The notes under the pieces are model-generated. The model ran no database searches and had not been told where the DNA came from. It worked only from the letters and a program-made list of their open reading frames with translations. From Rhodosorus marinus CCMP1338 (taxonomy: Eukaryota; Plantae; Rhodophyta), in assembly GCA_029953675.1 (NCBI GenBank), contig JAMWBK010000010.1:434001-498000 (forward strand): 64,000 nucleotides of DNA, given 5' to 3'. Positions 62,477 to 64,000 of the stretch are shown one piece after another; position 1 is the first letter of the stretch; each line of letters begins with the position of its first letter. The position numbers were made by a program, and so were the translations under genes.

Positions 62477-62806
62477 CCTCTTCAGGCGCTTCAATTTGGA
62501 TACTCAGCCTTTCCAATTCTCGTCGTTCTCATCTCATCCTAAAAGCCTTCCAACCCTAGCTAGTTCACGTTTCCATTCAAGCCTCTATGGACTCTTCAGC
62601 CAAGTGAGAAACCACGACGTCTCCCCAAAAGACAATGTGAAATTTCGTCCTCTTCAGGCTCTTCAATTTGGATACTCTGCTTTTCCAATTCTCGTCGATG
62701 TCATTCAATCCCAAGCCCTTCCAACTTGAGATATTATCACATTTCTTTTCCACCCTCTATGGACTCTTCATCTTAGTGAGAAACAATGGCGTCTCCCCAA
62801 AAGACC
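62477..62806. repeat. Tandem duplication, period 172 bp
   Basis: CCTCTTCAGG-C-CTTCAATTTGGATACTC at 62477 and 62649; CTCTATGGACTCTTCA and GTCTCCCCAAAAGAC in both units. Confidence 0.9.
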
Positions 62807-62913
62807 TTCTGATCATCTGCAGTCACAACTCTTGGGCCTCTTGTCGTTGTCATCTTGAAACGGTTAAGGTATCGTCTTCCAGAAAGGACCTCACGCCTGT
62901 TATCTACCTTTCT

Positions 62914-63150
62914 TGAGTTGAAAGCGCTACTCTTACAACTGAAGTCTACAGGGTGCTGGTCCGTCTCATCAACAATGTAACGAATCTCTTGCTGAGTTGA
63001 AAGCGCTACTCTTACAACTAAACTCTGGCAGGGTGCTTGTCTGTCTTATCAACAAGCTACCACGAAGCTCTTCCTGAGTTCAAAACCCCTACTTTTACAG
63101 TCAATCTCTCTGCAGGGTGCTAGTCCTCAACAATGTAACGAAGCTTTCTT
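62914..63150. repeat. Triple tandem repeat, period ~80 bp, overlapping the stop codon of the BFA3-like gene
   Basis: TGAGTT(G/C)AAA...CAGGGTGCT...CAACAA at 62914, 62993 and 63075. Confidence 0.88.
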
Positions 63151-64000
63151 GAAAACGGAATGATAAGAGGTCTTCTTGACAACTCTGGGGCATAGTAAAC
63201 ATCCGCAAGGCTCATTCCGAAGTCTCCCGCATAGACAGTCGCCAGCAGCTCTTGCCCGGGGTAGAGGAGGCTCACTAGTGATTTCGTCTCAAGCGTATTC
63301 AACACGAAGACCAAATTGTTCCTTGAACAGAGCCACAGTGCGTTTCGAAGAGGATGGAATCTAGTCTTGCTTTGCTCCTGACAGAATCCCAGGTTGAAGG
63401 GAAATTTCTTATTGTCAAAGGCTGGATACTCACAACTGCCAGAGGAAGAAGACGTTCAGCGAGAGGGCGCGTCGACAGCGGGTCCCGTAAGGTTCCTTAC
63501 CTATGGAACAGTATACCCGGACCATGCTCTGCTGATGAGAATGCATGTCCATGATGTAGATCGTATCTGTCAAGTGTGCAAGGCCTGCCTGTGTTCACGA
63601 CAGCCTTTTGAACTGCTTTAAACAGAGCTTTGATATGGGCATTGGTGTCACTACTCTCGAAGCTGAACACGTTTTCCTCGCGTGGAAGTGGTCGGCATTT
63701 TCCAAACTGACGCGAGCTAGAAGGCGACTTTTGGGAACGAGAAAAGCGTTCTCGCCTCATCAGATCTTGCAGGTTTCCTGAATAAGAACTACGCTAGCTT
63801 ACCAGAACAGCCTTTGAATCGAACCGAAGCCAGTCCGCTAGGAACGTTGTGTCCCAGCTGGGAATTCCCTTCTGGATCTGTACACACGAAGCGAATCCGT
63901 CGAAGCTCCGTTCACTGTAATTTGGGTGCTCTTCGGCTGCCTTCATCACTCGCGCAGCGACTCGAGCTCGAGCTGCTGAGTTGTCATGTTCCGACTCGTA
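63120..64000 (-). CDS. BFA3/CGLD11-like chloroplast ATP synthase (CF1) assembly factor, 5'-partial, at least 3 exons
   Basis: Spliced product has RYDLHHGHAF...GILFHSCEYPAFD...FPFNLGFCQ...RNALW and TVYAGDFGMSLADVYY. As I recall it, this matches the YDLFHGH/GILFHAKEYP/GYCQ signature of the family. Confidence 0.75.

Noticed and set aside
61455-62729. 424-aa + strand ORF
   Set aside because: Mostly antisense to the 1603-aa gene and extends into tandem-duplicated DNA; no motifs.
62477-63150. CRISPR-like or coding repeat array
   Set aside because: The units are long, diverged tandem duplications without unique spacers, in a eukaryotic context with no cas genes.

Overview
Eukaryotic, intron-containing, gene-dense nuclear DNA. 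It is most likely from a red alga (inference): several plastid-targeted proteins start with the M-x(0-5)-GF/FV transit-peptide signature, and the introns are short GT-AG introns, mostly about 45-180 nt. About 21 protein genes can be supported, several only after manual splicing: a selenoprotein L-like gene, a tandem-UBL protein, a PHT4 anion transporter, a 97-aa five-exon orphan, a C2H2 zinc finger, DUF2358, an H+-PPase, heme oxygenase, Prp43, NDUFS5, a cytochrome c6-like protein, an F-box/ASCH protein, an ORP, GET1, a cyclin T/K, METTL25-like, an NADP oxidoreductase, MED8, a 1603-aa triple-repeat protein, a partial BFA3/CGLD11 gene, and one gene disrupted by an insertion. Three signals the ORF track misses stand out. 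(1) A complete, foldable U1 snRNA (27961-28151) is fused to the 3' end of a restriction-like-endonuclease (CRE-like) non-LTR retrotransposon; the unit is flanked by a GATGG duplication, and its empty site rebuilds a consensus 5' splice site (GATG|GTAAGT), the sequence U1 pairs with. (2) A SelL-type UxxU selenoprotein has two in-frame TGA codons and a type II SECIS. (3) A ~300-nt G.U-containing fold-back looks like a small-RNA precursor. Intergenic DNA also holds a second, TSD-flanked copy of the retroelement, a decayed copia relic and several local tandem duplications. All assignments come from reading the sequence by eye; no searches were run.
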